A stretch of DNA of 64,000 bases from Bugula neritina (Eukaryota > Animalia > Bryozoa), in contig OZ037771.1 in the NCBI GenBank assembly GCA_964035545.1, positions 9,924,480-9,988,479 of the forward strand. The letters are read 5' to 3'. This document shows, one piece after another, positions 1-15,510 of the stretch. Under the pieces are notes generated by a model that saw only the letters and a list, made by a program, of their open reading frames with translations, did no database searches and was not told where the DNA came from. The translations under genes were made by a program, and so were the position numbers. How positions within the stretch are numbered: the first letter of the stretch is position 1; the number at the start of each line of letters is the position of its first letter.

Positions 1-3000
1 TAAACGGACATGTACTGTAACATACTGAAACACACTGAAACATACTGAAACATATTGAAACATACTGAAACATACTGAAATACACTGCAACTTACTGCAA
101 CATACAAAAACATACCGTAACATGATGAAATACACTGCAACACATTGAAATATACTGCAACAAACTGAAAAATACTGCAACATACTGAAACGTACTGCAA
201 CATACTGAAATTAATTGCAACATATCAAAGTATATCGTAATATACGGACATGTACTGTAACATACTGAAACACACTGAAGCATACTGAAACATACTGAAA
301 CATACTGAAACATACTGAAACGTACTGAGATACACTGCAACATACTGCAACATACTGAAAGACACTTCAACTCACTGAAGTATGGTGTAATATACGGAAA
401 TGTACTGTAACATACTGATATTTACTGTAACACACTGAAATATACTGCAACATACTGAAATACACTGTAACATACCGAAATAAACTGCAACATAATGCAA
501 CATACTGAATTACACTGTAACATACTAAAATACACTGCAACATTCTGCAACATACTTCAACGTACTGAAAGACACTGTAACATAATGAAATACACTGCAA
601 CACATTGAAATATACCGCAACAGACTGGAATATACTGCAACACATCCAAGTACATCGTAATATACGGACATGTACTGTAACATACTGGAACATACTGAAA
701 CATACCGCAACATTTTGAAGTACACTGTTAAATATTGAAATACACTGCAATAAACTGTAACATACTGAAGTACACTGTACATATTGAAAAACACTGCAAC
801 ACACTGAAATATACTGCAACACACTGAATTATACTGCAAAATACTGAATTATACTTCAACATACTGCAACATACTGAAAGACACTACAACTCACTGAAGT
901 ATAGTGCAATATACAGAAATGTACTCTAACATACTGATATTTAATGTTACACACTGAAATATACTACGACATACTGAAATACACTGCAACATACCGAAAT
1001 AAGCTGCAACATACTGCAACATACTGAAATACACTGTAACATGATGTAGTACACTGCAACACATTGAAATATACTGCAACAAACTGAAATATACTGCGAC
1101 ATACTGAAATGTACTGCAACATACTGAAATACATTGCAACATATCGAAGTATATCGTAATAAACGGACATGTACTGTAACATACTGAAACACACTGCAAC
1201 ATACTGCAACATACTGAAGTACACTGAAATATACTGAAATACGCTGTAACACATTGAAAAATACTGCAACATACTGAAAGACACTTCAACTCACTGAACT
1301 ATAGTGTAATATACGGAAATGTACTGTACCATACTGATAATTACTGCAACACACTGAAATATACTGCAACATACTGAAATACACTGTAACATACCGAAAT
1401 AAACTGCAACATAATGCAACATACTGAATTACACTGTAACATACTAAATTACACTGCAACATTCTGCAACATAGTTCAACGTACTGAATATACTGTAACA
1501 TAATGAAATACACTGCAACATACTGCAACATACTGAAGTACACTGTAAAATATTAAAATACACTGCGACACATTGGAATATACTGCAACACAGTGAAATA
1601 TACTGTAACATACTGAAACATGAGCAATATACTGAAAGATGCCCCAACATACTCAAATACACTGCAAGAAACTGCAACATTCGTAAATACACTGTAACAT
1701 ACTGAAATACACTGAAACATACTGCAACATAGTGAAGTACACTGTAAAATATTCAAATACACTGCAACACATTGAAATACACTGCAACACACTGAAATAT
1801 ACTGCAACATACTGAAATGTACTTCAACATAATGAAAAACACTGCAACATATCAAAGTATATCGTAATATACAGACATGTACTGTAACATACTGAAACAT
1901 ACTGAAACATACTGAAACATACTGAAATACACTGTAACAAACTGAAATACACGGCAACAAGTTGGAATATACTGCAACATACCCAAGTATATGGTAATAT
2001 AATGAATTATACTGCAACATACCGCAACATACTGAAAAACACTGTAACAAACTGAAATACGCTGCAACACATTGGAATATACTGCAACATATCCAAATAA
2101 ATGGTAATATACTGAAATATATTGAAATACACTGTAACACATTGAAAAATACTGCAACATACTGAAACACACTACAACTCACTGAAGTATAGTGTAACTT
2201 ACTGAAATGTACTGTAACATACTGATATTTACTGCAACACACTGAAACATACTGCAACATACTGAAATACACTGTTACATACTAAAATACACTGCAACAT
2301 ACTAAAATACACTGCAACAATCTGCAACATTCTGCAACATACTTCAACATACTGAAATACACTGTAACAAACTGAAATACGCTGCAACACATTGGAATAT
2401 ACTGCAACATACCCAAATAAATGGTAACATACTGAAATATACTGAAATACAATGTAACACATTGAAAAATACTGCAACACACTGAAAGACACTACAACTC
2501 ACTGAAGTATAGTGTAATATACGAAAACGTACTGTAACATACTGATATTTACTGCAACACACTGAAATATACTGCAACATACTGAAATACACTGTTACAT
2601 GCAAAATAAACTGCAACATACTGCAACATACTGAAATACACTGTAACATACTCAAATACACTGCAACATTCTGCAACATATTGAAATATACTGCAAAACA
2701 CTGAAATATACTGCAACACATCCAAGTAGACTGTAATATACGGACATGTACTGTAACATACTGAAACAAAATGAAATATACTGTAACACAGTGAAGTATA
2801 CTGCAAAACTCTGAAACATACTGCAACATACTAAAACATGAGCAATATACTGAAAAATGCCTCAGCATACTCAAATATACTGCAAGATGCTGCAACATAC
2901 GTAAATACACTGTAACATACTGAAATACACTGCAACATACTGCAGCATACTGAAGTACACTGTGAAATATTGAAATACACTGCAACACATTGGAATATAC

Positions 3001-5040
3001 TGCAACACACTGAAATATACTGCAACATAATGCAACATACTGAATTACACTGTAACATACTAAAATACACTGCAACATTCTGCAACATACTTCAACGTAC
3101 TGAAAGACACTGTAACATAATGAAATACACTGCAACACATTGAAATATACCACAACAGACTGGAATATACTGCAACACATCCAAGTACATCGTAATATAC
3201 GGACATGTACTGTAACATACTGGAACATACTGAAACATACTGCAACATTCTGAAGTACACTGTAAAATATTGAAAAACACTGCAACAAACTGCAACATAC
3301 TGAAGTACACTGTACATATTGACAAACACTGCAACACACTGAAATATACTGCAACACACTGAAATATACTGCAAAATACTGAATTATACTTCAACATACT
3401 GCAACATACTGAAAGACACTACAACTCACTGAAGTATAGTGCAATATACAGAAATGTACTCTAACATACTGATATTTGATGTTACACACTGAAATATACT
3501 ACAACATACTGAAATACACTGTAACATGATGTAGTACACTGCAACACATTGAAATATACTGCAACAAACTGAAATATACTGCAACATACTGAAATGTACT
3601 GCAACATACTGAAATACATTGCAACATATTGAAGTATATTGTAATAAACGGACATGTACTGTAACATATTGAAACACACTGAAACATACTGAAACGTACT
3701 GAAACATACTGAAACATACTGAAATACACTGCAACATACTGAAACATACTGTAACATTATGAAATACACTGCAACACATTGAAATATACTGCAACAAACT
3801 GAAATATACTGCAACATACTAAAATGTACTGCAACATACTGAAATACATTGCAACATATCGAAGTATATCGTAATATACGGATATGTACTGAAACACACT
3901 GAAACATACTGAGATACACTGCAACATACTGCAACATACTGAAATACACTGTAACATGATGAAATACACTGCAACACATTGAAATAAACTGCAACAAACT
4001 GAAATACACTGCAACATACTGAAACGTACTGCAACATACTGAAATACACTGCAACATACCAAAATAAGCTGCAACATACTGCAACATACTGAAATACACT
4101 GTAACATGATGTAGTACACTGCAACACATTGAAATATACTGCAACAAACTGAAATATACTGCAACATACTGAAATGTACTGCAACATACTGAAATACATG
4201 GCAACATATCGAAGTATATCGTAATAAACGGACATGTACTGTTACATACTGAAACACACTGAAAAATACTGAAACATACTGAAACATACTGAAATACACT
4301 GCAACAAACTGCAACATACTGAAACAGACTGAAACATACTGTAACATGATGAAATACACTGAAACACATTGAAATATACTGCAACAAACTGAAATATACT
4401 GCAACATACTGAAACGTACTGCAACATAATGCAACATACTGAATTACACTGTAACATACTAAAATACACTGCAACATTCTGCAACATACTGCAACATACT
4501 GAAATACACTGTAACATGATGAAATACACTGCAACACATTAAAATATACCGCAACAGACTGGAATATACTGCAACATATCCAAGTACATCGTAATATACG
4601 GACATGTACCGTAACATACTGGAACATACTGAAACATACTGCAACATTCTGAAGTACACTGTAAAATATTGAAATACACTGCAACAAACTGCAACATACT
4701 GAAGTACACTGTACATATTGAAAAACACTGCAACACACTGAAATATACTGTAACACACTGAAATATACTGCAAAATACTGAAATATACTTCAACATACTG
4801 CAACATACTGAAAGACACTACAACTCACTGAAGTATAGTGCAATATACAGAAATGTACTCTAACATACTGATATTTAATGTTACACACTGAAATATACTA
4901 CAACATACTGAAATACACTGTAACATACCGAAATAAGCTGCAACATACTGCAACATACTGAAATACACTGTGACATGATGAAGTACACTGCAACACATTG
5001 AAATACACTGCAACAAACTGAAATATACTGCAACATACTG

Positions 5041-5760
5041 AAATGTACTGCAACATACTGAAATACATTGCAACATATCGAAGTATATCGTAATAAACGG
5101 ACATGTACTGTAACATACTGAAACACACTGAAACATACTGAAACATACTGAAACATACTGAAACATACTGAAATACACTGCAACATACTGCAACATACTG
5201 AAACATACTGTAACATGATGAAATACACTGCAACACATTGAAATATACTGCAACAAACTGAAATATACTGCAACATACTGAAACGTACTGCAACATACTG
5301 AAATTATTTGCAACATATCGAAGTATATCGTAATATACGGACATGTACTGTAACATACTGAAACACACTGAAACAACCTGAAACATACTGAAACATACTG
5401 AAACATACTGAGATACACTGCAACATACTGCAACATACTGAAATACACTGTAACATGATGAAATACACTGCAACACATTGAAATATACTGCAACAAACTG
5501 AAATATACTGCAACATACTGAAATGTACTGCAACATGCTGAAATACATTGCAACATATCGAAGTATATTGTAATAAACGGCCACGTACTGTAACATACTG
5601 AAACACACTGAAACATACTGAAACATACTGAAACATACTGAAACATACTGTAACATTATGAAATACACTGCAACACATTCAAATATACTGCAACAAACTG
5701 AAATATACTGCAACATACTAAAACGTACTGCAACGTACTGAAATACATTGCAACATATCG
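5041..5760 (+). repeat. Tandem ~240-bp (24-monomer) submodule of the satellite, about 3 copies
   Basis: Landmark caacatatcgaagtatat at 5071, 5311 and 5551 (240-bp steps), then 5751. The same 240-bp step recurs at 11591/11831/12071 and 15311/15551/15791. Confidence 0.8.
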
Positions 5761-8700
5761 AAGTATATCGTAATATACGGACATGTACTGAAACATACTG
5801 AAACATACTGAAACATACTGAGATACACTGCAACATACTGCAACATACTGAAATACACTGTAACACATTGAAAAATACTGCAACATACTGAAAAACACTT
5901 CAACTCACTGAAGTATAGTGTAATATACGGAAATGTACTGTAACATACTGATAATTACTGCAACACACTGAAATATACTGCAACATACTGAAATACACTG
6001 TAACATAATGAAATACACTGCAACATACTGCAACATACTGAAGTACGCTGTAAAATATTAAAATACCATGCAACACATTCGAATATACTGCAACCCACTG
6101 AAATATACTGTACCATACTGAAACATGAGCAATATACTGAAAGATGCCTCAACATACTCAAATACACTGCAAGAAACTGCAACATACGTAAATACACTGT
6201 AACATAGTGAAATACACTGAAACATACTGCAACATACAGAAGTACACTGTAAAATATTCAAATACACTGCAACACATTGAAATACACTGCAACACACTGA
6301 AATATACTGCAACATACTGAAATGTACTTCAACATAATGAAAAACACTGCAACATATCAAAGTATATCGTAATATACAGACATGTACTGTAACATACTGT
6401 TACTTACTGAAATACACTGCAACAAACTGTAACATACTGAAACACACTGAAACATACTGAAACATACTGAAACATACTGTAACATACGGAAACACACTGA
6501 AACATACTGAAACATACTGAGACATACCGAAATACACTGCAACATACTGCAACATACTGAAATATACTGAAATACACTGTAACACATTGAAAAATACCGC
6601 AACATACTGAAAGACACTTCAACTCACTGAAGTATAGTGTAATATACGGAAATGCACTGTAACATACTGATATTTACTGTAACACACTGAAATATACTGC
6701 AACATACTGAAATACACTGTTACATGCCAAAATAAACTGCAACATACTGCAACATACTGAAATACACTGTAACATACTCAAATACACTGCAACATTCTGC
6801 AACATATTGAAATATACTGCAACACACTGAAATATACTGCAACACACTGAAGTATAGTGTAATATACGAAAACGTACTGTAACATACTGATATTTACTGC
6901 AACACACTGAAATATACTGCAACATACTGAAATACACTGTTACATGCAAAATAAACTGCAACATACTGCAACATACTGAAATACACTGTAACATACTCAA
7001 ATACACTGCAACATTCTGCAACATATTGAAATATACTGCAAAACACTGAAATATACTGCAACACATCCAAGTAGACTGTAATATACGGACATGTACTGTA
7101 ACATACTGAAACAAAATGAAATATACTGTAACACTCTGAGTAATACTGCAAAATGCTGAAATATACTGTAACACAGTGAAGTATACTGCAAAACTCTGAA
7201 ACATACTGCAACATACTAAAACATGAGCAATATACTGAAAAATGCCTCAGCATACTCAAATATACTGCAAGATGCTGCAACATACGTAAATACACTGTAA
7301 CATACTGAAATACACTGCAACATACTGCAGCATACTGAAGTACACTGTGAAATATTGAAATACACTGCAACACATTGGAATATACTGCAACACACTGAAA
7401 TATACTGCAACATACTGAAATATACTGCAACATACTGCAACATACTGAAGTGCACTGTAACATACTGTAACTTACTGAAATACACTGCAACAAACTGTAA
7501 CATACTGAAACACACTGAAACATACTGAAACATACTGAAACATACTGTAACATACTGAAACACACTGAAACATACTGAAACATACTGAGACATACTGAAA
7601 TACACTGCAACATACTGAAACATACTGAAATATACTGAAATATACTGAAATACACTGTAACACATTGAAAAATACTGCAACATACTGAAAGACACTTCAA
7701 CTCACTGGAGTATAGTGTGATATACGGAAATGTTCTGTAACATACTGATATTTACTGTAACACACTGAAATATACTGCAACATACTGAAATGCACTGTAA
7801 CATACCGAAATCAATTGCAACATAATGCAACATACTGAATTACACTGTAACATACTAAAATACACTGCAACATTCTGCAACATACTTCAACGTACTGAAA
7901 GACACTGTAACATAACGAAATACACTGCAACACATTAAAATATACCGCAACAGACTGGAATATACTGCAACACATCCAAGTACATCGTAATATACGGACA
8001 TGTACTGTAACATACTGGAACATACTGAAACATACTGCAACATTCTGAAGTACACTGTAAAATATTGAAATACACTGCAACAAACTGCAACATACTGAAG
8101 TACACTGTACATATTGACAAACACTGCAACACACTGAAATATACTGCAACACACTGAAATATACTGCAAAATACTGAATTATACTTCAACATACTGCAAC
8201 ATACTGAAAGACACTACAACTCACTGAAGTATAGTGCAATATACAGAAATGTACTCTAACATACTGATATTTAATGTTACACACTGAAATATACTACAAC
8301 ATACTGAAATACACTGTAACATGATGTAGTACACTGCAACACATTGAAATATACTGCAACAAACTGAAATATACTGCAACATACTGAAATGTACTGCAAC
8401 ATACTGAAATACATTGCAACATATCGAAGTATATTGTAATAAACGGACATGTACTGTAACATACTGAAACACACTGAAACATACTGAAACGTACTGAAAC
8501 ATACTGAAACATACTGAAACATACTGAAATACACTGCAACATACTGAAACATACTGTAACATTATGAAATACACTGCAACACATTGAAATATACTGCAAC
8601 AAACTGAAATATACTGCAACATACTAAAACGTACTGCAACATACTGAAATACATTGCAACATATCGAAGTATATCGTAATATACGGACATGTACTGAAAC

Positions 8701-11700
8701 ATACTGAAACATACTGAGATACACTGCAACATACTGCAACATACTGAAATACACTGTAACATGATGAAATACACTGCAACACATTGAAATATACTGCAAC
8801 AAACTGAAATACACTGCAACATACTGAAACGTACTGCAACATACTGAAATACACTGCAACATACCAAAATAAGCTGCAACATACTGCAACATGCTGAAAT
8901 ACGCTGTAACATGATGTAGTACACTGCAACACATTGAAATATACTGCAACAAACTGAAATATACTGCAACATACTGAAATGTACTGCAACATACTGAAAT
9001 ACATGGCAACATATCGAAGTATATCGTAATAAACGGACATGTACTGTTACATACTGAAACACACTGAAAAATACTGAAACATACTGAAACATACTGAAAT
9101 ACACTGCAACAAACTGCAACATACTGAAACATACTGAAACATACTGTAATATGATGAAATACACTGAAACACATTGAAATATTTTGCAACAAACTGAAAT
9201 ATACTGCAACATACTGAAACGTACTGCATCATAATGCAACATACTGAATTACACTGTAACATACTAAAATACACTGCAACATTCTGCAACATACTGCAAC
9301 ATACTGAAATACACTGTAACATGATGAAATACACTGCGACACATTAAAATATACCGCAACAGACTGGAATATACTGCAACACATCCAAGTACATCGTAAT
9401 ATACGGACATGTACCGTAACATACGGGAACATACTGAAACATACTGCAACATTCTGAAGTACACTGTAAAATATTGAAATACACTGCAACAAACTGCAAC
9501 ATACTGAAGTACACTGTACATATTGAAAAACACTGCAACACACTGAAATATACTGCAACACACTGAAATATACTGCAAAATACTGAATTATACTTCAACA
9601 TACTGCAACATACTGAAAGACACTACAACTCACTGAAGTATAGTGCAATATACAGAAATGTACTCTAACATACTGATATTTAATGTTACACACTGAAATA
9701 TACGACAACATACTGATATACACTGTAACATACCGAAATAAGCTGCAACATACTGCAACATACTGAAATACACTGTAACATGATGAAGTACACTGCAACA
9801 CATTGAAATACACTGCAACAAACTGAAATATACTGCAACATACTGAAATGTACTGCAACATACTGAAATACATTGCAACATATCGAAGTATATCGTAATA
9901 ATCGGACATGTACTGTAACATACTGAAACACACTGAAACATACTGAAACATACTGAAACATACTGAAACATACTGAAATACACTGCAACATACTGCAACA
10001 TACGGAAACATACTGTAACATGATGAAATACACTGCAACACATTGAAATATACTGCAACAAACTGAAATATACTGCAACATACTGAAACGTACTGCAACA
10101 TACTGAAATTATTTGCAACATATCGAAGTATATCGTAATATACGGACATGTACTGTAACATACGGAAACACACTGAAACATCCTGAAACATACTGAAACA
10201 TACTGAAACATACTGAAACATACTGAGATACACTGCAACATACTGAAACATACTGAAACATACTGTAACATTATGAAATACACTGCAACACATTGAAATA
10301 TACTGCAACAAACTGAAATATACTGCAACATACTAAAACGTACTGCAACATACTGAAATACATTGCAACATATCGAAGTATATCGTAAAATACGGACATG
10401 TACTGAAACATACTGAAACATACTGAAACATACTGAGATACACTGCAACATACTGCAACATACTGAAATACACTGTAACACATTGAAAAATACTGCAACA
10501 TACTGAAAGACACTTCAACTCACTGAAGTATAGTGTAATATACGGAAATGTACTGTAACATACTGATAATTACTGCAACACACTGCAAGAAACTGCAACA
10601 TACGTAAATACACTGTAACATACTGAAATACACTGAAACATACTGCAACATACAGAAGTACACTGTAAAATATTCAAATACACTGCAACACATTGAAATA
10701 CACTGCAACACACTGAAATATACTGCAACATACTGAAATGTACTTCAACATAATGAAAAACACTGCAACATATCAAAGTATATCGTAATATACAGACATG
10801 TACTGTAACATACTGTTACTTACTGAAATACACTGCAACAAACTGTAACATACTGAAACACACTGAAACATACTGAAACATACTGAAACATACTGTAACA
10901 TACTGAAACACACTGAAACATACTGAAACATACTGAGACATACCGAAATACACTGCAACATACTGCAACATACTGAAATATACTGAAATATACTGAAATA
11001 CACTGTAACACATTGAAAAATACCGCAACATACTGAAAGACACTTCAACTCACTGAAGTATAGTGTAATATACGGAAATGTACTGTAACATACTGATATT
11101 TACTGTAACACACTGAAATATACTGCAACATACTGAAATACACTGTTACATGCCAAAATAAACTGCAACATACTGCAACATACTGAAATACACTGTAACA
11201 TACTCAAATACACTGCAACATTCTGCAACATATTGAAATATACTGCAACACAGTGAAATATACTGCAACACACTGAAATATACTGCAAAATACTAAAATA
11301 TACTTCAACATACTGCAACATACTGAAAGACACTACAACTCACTGAAGTATAGTGCAATATACAGAAATGTACTCTAACATACTGATATTTAATGTTACA
11401 CACTGAAATATACTACAACATACTGAAATACACTGTAACATACCGAAATAAGCTGCAACATACTGCAACATACCGAAATACAATGTAACATGAAGAAGTA
11501 CACTGCAACACATTGAAATACACTGCAACAAACTGAAATATACTGCAACATACTGAAATGTACTGCAACATAGTGAAATACATTGCAACATATCGAAGTA
11601 TATCGTAATAAACGGACATGTACTGTGACATACTGAAACACACTGAAACATACTGAAACATACTGAAACATACTGAAACATACTGAAATACACTGCAAGA

Positions 11701-12019
11701 AACTGCAACATACTGAAACATACTGTAACATGATGAAAAACACTGCCACACATTGAAATATACTGCAACAAACTGAAATATACTGCAACATACTGAAACG
11801 TACTGCAACATACTGAAACTAATTGCAACATATCGAAGTATATCGTAAAATACGGACATGTACTGTAACATACTGAAACACACTGAAACATACTGAAACA
11901 TACTGAAACATACTGAAACATACTGAGATACACTGCAAAATACTGCAACATACTGAAATACACTGTAACATGATGAAATACACTGCAACACATTGAAATA
12001 TACTGCAACAAACTGTATT

Positions 12020-15000
12020 ATACTGCAACATACTGAAACGTGCTGCAACATACTGAAATACATTGCAATATATCGAAGTATATCGTAATATACGGACATG
12101 TACTGTAACATACTAAAACACACTGAAACATACTGAAACATACTGAAATATACTGAAATATACTGAAATACACTGTAACACATTGAAAAATACTGCAACA
12201 TACTGAAGGACACTTCAACTCACTGAAATATAGTGTAATATACAGAAATGTACTGTAACATACTGATATTTACTGTAACACACTGAAATATACTGCAACA
12301 TACTGAAATACACTGTAACATACCGAAATAAACTGCAACATAATGCAACATACTGAATTACACTATAACATACTAAAATACACTGCAACATTCTGCAACA
12401 TACTTCAACGAACTGAAAGACACTGTAACATAATGAAATACACTGCAACACATTGAAATATACCGCAACAGACTTGAATATACTGCAACACATCCAAGTA
12501 CATCGTAATATACGGACATGTACTGTAACATACTGGAACATACTGAAACATACTGCAACATTCTGAAGTACACTGTAAAATATTGAAATACACCGCAACA
12601 AACTGCAACATACTGAAGTACACTGTACATATTGAAAAACACTGCAACACACTGAAATATACTGCAACACACTGAAATATACTGCAAAATACTGAATTAT
12701 ACTTCAACATACTGCAACATACTGAAAGACACTACAACTCACTGAAGTATAGTGCAATATACAGAAATGTACTCTAACATACTGATATTTAATGTTACAC
12801 ACTGAAATATACTACAACATACTGAAATACACTGCAACATACCGAAATAAGCTGCAACATACTGCAACATACTGAAATACACTGTAACATGATGTAGTAC
12901 ACTGCAACACATTGAAATATACTGCAACAAACTGAAATATACTGCAAAATACTGAAATGTACTGCAACATACTGAAATACATGGCAACATATCGAAGTAT
13001 ATCGTAATAAACGGACATGTACTGTAACATACTGAAACACACTGAAACATACTGAAACATACTGAAATATACTGAAACATACTGAAATACACGGCAACAA
13101 ACTGCAACATACTGAAACATACTGTAACATGATGAAATACACTGAAACACATTGAAATATACTGCAACAAACTGAAATATACTGCAACATACTGAAACGT
13201 GCTGCAACATACTGAAATACATTGCAATATATCGAAGTATATCGTAATATACGGACATGTACTGTAACATACTAAAACACACTGAAACATAATGAAACAT
13301 ACTGAAATATACCGAAATATACTGAAATACACTGTAACACATTGAAAAATACTGCAACATACTGAAGGACACTTCAACTCACTGAAGTATAGTGTAATAT
13401 ACAGAAATGTACTGTAACATACTGATATTTACTGTAACACACTGAAATATACTGCAACATGCTGAAATACACTGTAACATACCGAAATAAACTGCAACAT
13501 AATGCAACATACTGAATTACACTGTAACATACTAAAATACACTGCAACATTCTGCAACATACTTCAACGTACTGAAAGACACTGTAACATAATGAAATAC
13601 ACTGCAACACATTGAAATATACCGCAACAGACTGGAATATACTGCAACACATCCAAGTACATCGTAATATACGGACATGTACTGTAACATACTGGAACAT
13701 ACTGAAACATACTGCAACATTCTGAAGTACACTGTAAAATATTGAAATACACCGCAACAAACTGCAACATACTGAAGTACACTGTACATATTGAAAAACA
13801 CTGCAACACACTGAAATATACTGCAACACACTGAAATATACTGCAAAATACTGAATTATACTTCAACATACTGCAACATACTGAAAGACACTACAACTCA
13901 CTGAAGTATAGTGCAATATACAGAAATGTATTCTAACATACTGATATTTAATGTTACACACTGAAATATACTACAACATACTGAAATACACTGCAACAGA
14001 CCGAAATAAGCTGCAACATACTGCAACATACTGAAATACACTGTAACATGATGTAGTACACTGCAACACATTGAAATATACTGCAACAAACTGAAATATA
14101 CTGCAACATACTGAAATGTACTGCAACATACTGAAATGCATGGCAACATATCGAAGTATATCGTAATAAACGGACATGTACTGTAACATACTGAAACACA
14201 CTGAAACATACTGAAACATACTTAAATATACTGAAACATACTGAAATACACTGCAACAAACTGCAACATATTGAAACATACTGTAACATGATGAAATACA
14301 CTGAAACACATTGAAATATACTGCAACAAACTGAAATATACTGCAACATACTGAAACGTGCTGCAACATACTGAAATACATTGCAATATATCGAAGTATA
14401 TCGTAATATACGGACATGTACTGTAACATACTAAAACACACTGAAACATAATGAAACATACTGAAATATACCGAAATATACTGAAATACACTGTAACACA
14501 TTGAAAAATACTGCAACATACTGAAGGACACTTCAACTCACTGAAGTATAGTGTAATATACAGAAATGTACTGTAACATACTGATATTTACTGTAACACA
14601 CTGAAATATACTGCAACATGCTGAAATACACTGTAACATACCGAAATAAACTGCAACATAATGCAACATACTGAATTACACTGTAACATACTAAAATACA
14701 CTGCAACATTCTGCAACATACTTCAACGTACTGAAAGACACTGTAACATAATGAAATACACTGCAACACATTGAAATATACCGCAACAGACTGGAATATA
14801 CTGCAACACATCCAAGTACATCGTAATATACGGACATGTACTGTAACATACTGGAACATACTGAAACATACTGCAACATTCTGAAGTACACTGTAAAATA
14901 TTGAAATACACCGCAACAAACTGCAACATACTGAAGTACACTGTACATATTGAAAAACACTGCAACACACTGAAATATACTGCAACACACTGAAATATAC

Positions 15001-15510
15001 TGCAAAATACTGAATTATACTTCAACATACTGCAACATACTGAAAGACACTACAACTCACTGAAGTATAGTGCAATATACAGAAATGTATTCTAACATAC
15101 TGATATTTAATGTTACACACTGAAATATACTACAACATACTGAAATACACTGCAACAGACCGAAATAAGCTGCAACATACTGCAACATACTGAAATACAC
15201 TGTAACATGATGTAGTACACTGCAACACATTGAAATATACTGCAACAAACTGAAATATACTGCAACATACTGAAATGTACTGCAACATACTGAAATGCAT
15301 GGCAACATATCGAAGTATATCGTAATAAACGGACATGTACTGTAACATACTGAAACACACTGAAACATACTGAAACATACTTAAATATACTGAAACATAC
15401 TGAAATACACTGCAACAAACTGCAACATATTGAAACATACTGTAACATGATGAAATACACTGAAACACATTGAAATATACTGCAACAAACTGAAATATAC
15501 TGCAACATAC
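12020..15510 (+). repeat. 1,159-bp higher-order repeat, about 3 tandem copies
   Basis: Near-identical ORF-track entries at 12215/13374/14533, 12373/13532/14691 and 12739/13898/15057 (steps of 1159). Copies 2 and 3 share private variants (gcaacagaccg, aaatgcatgg, cttaaata). Boundaries approximate. Confidence 0.9.

Noticed and set aside
1165-1174. GGACATGTAC resembles a p53 half-site (9/10)
   Set aside because: It occurs as isolated half-sites with a mismatch, and the adjacent decamers lack the CWWG core.
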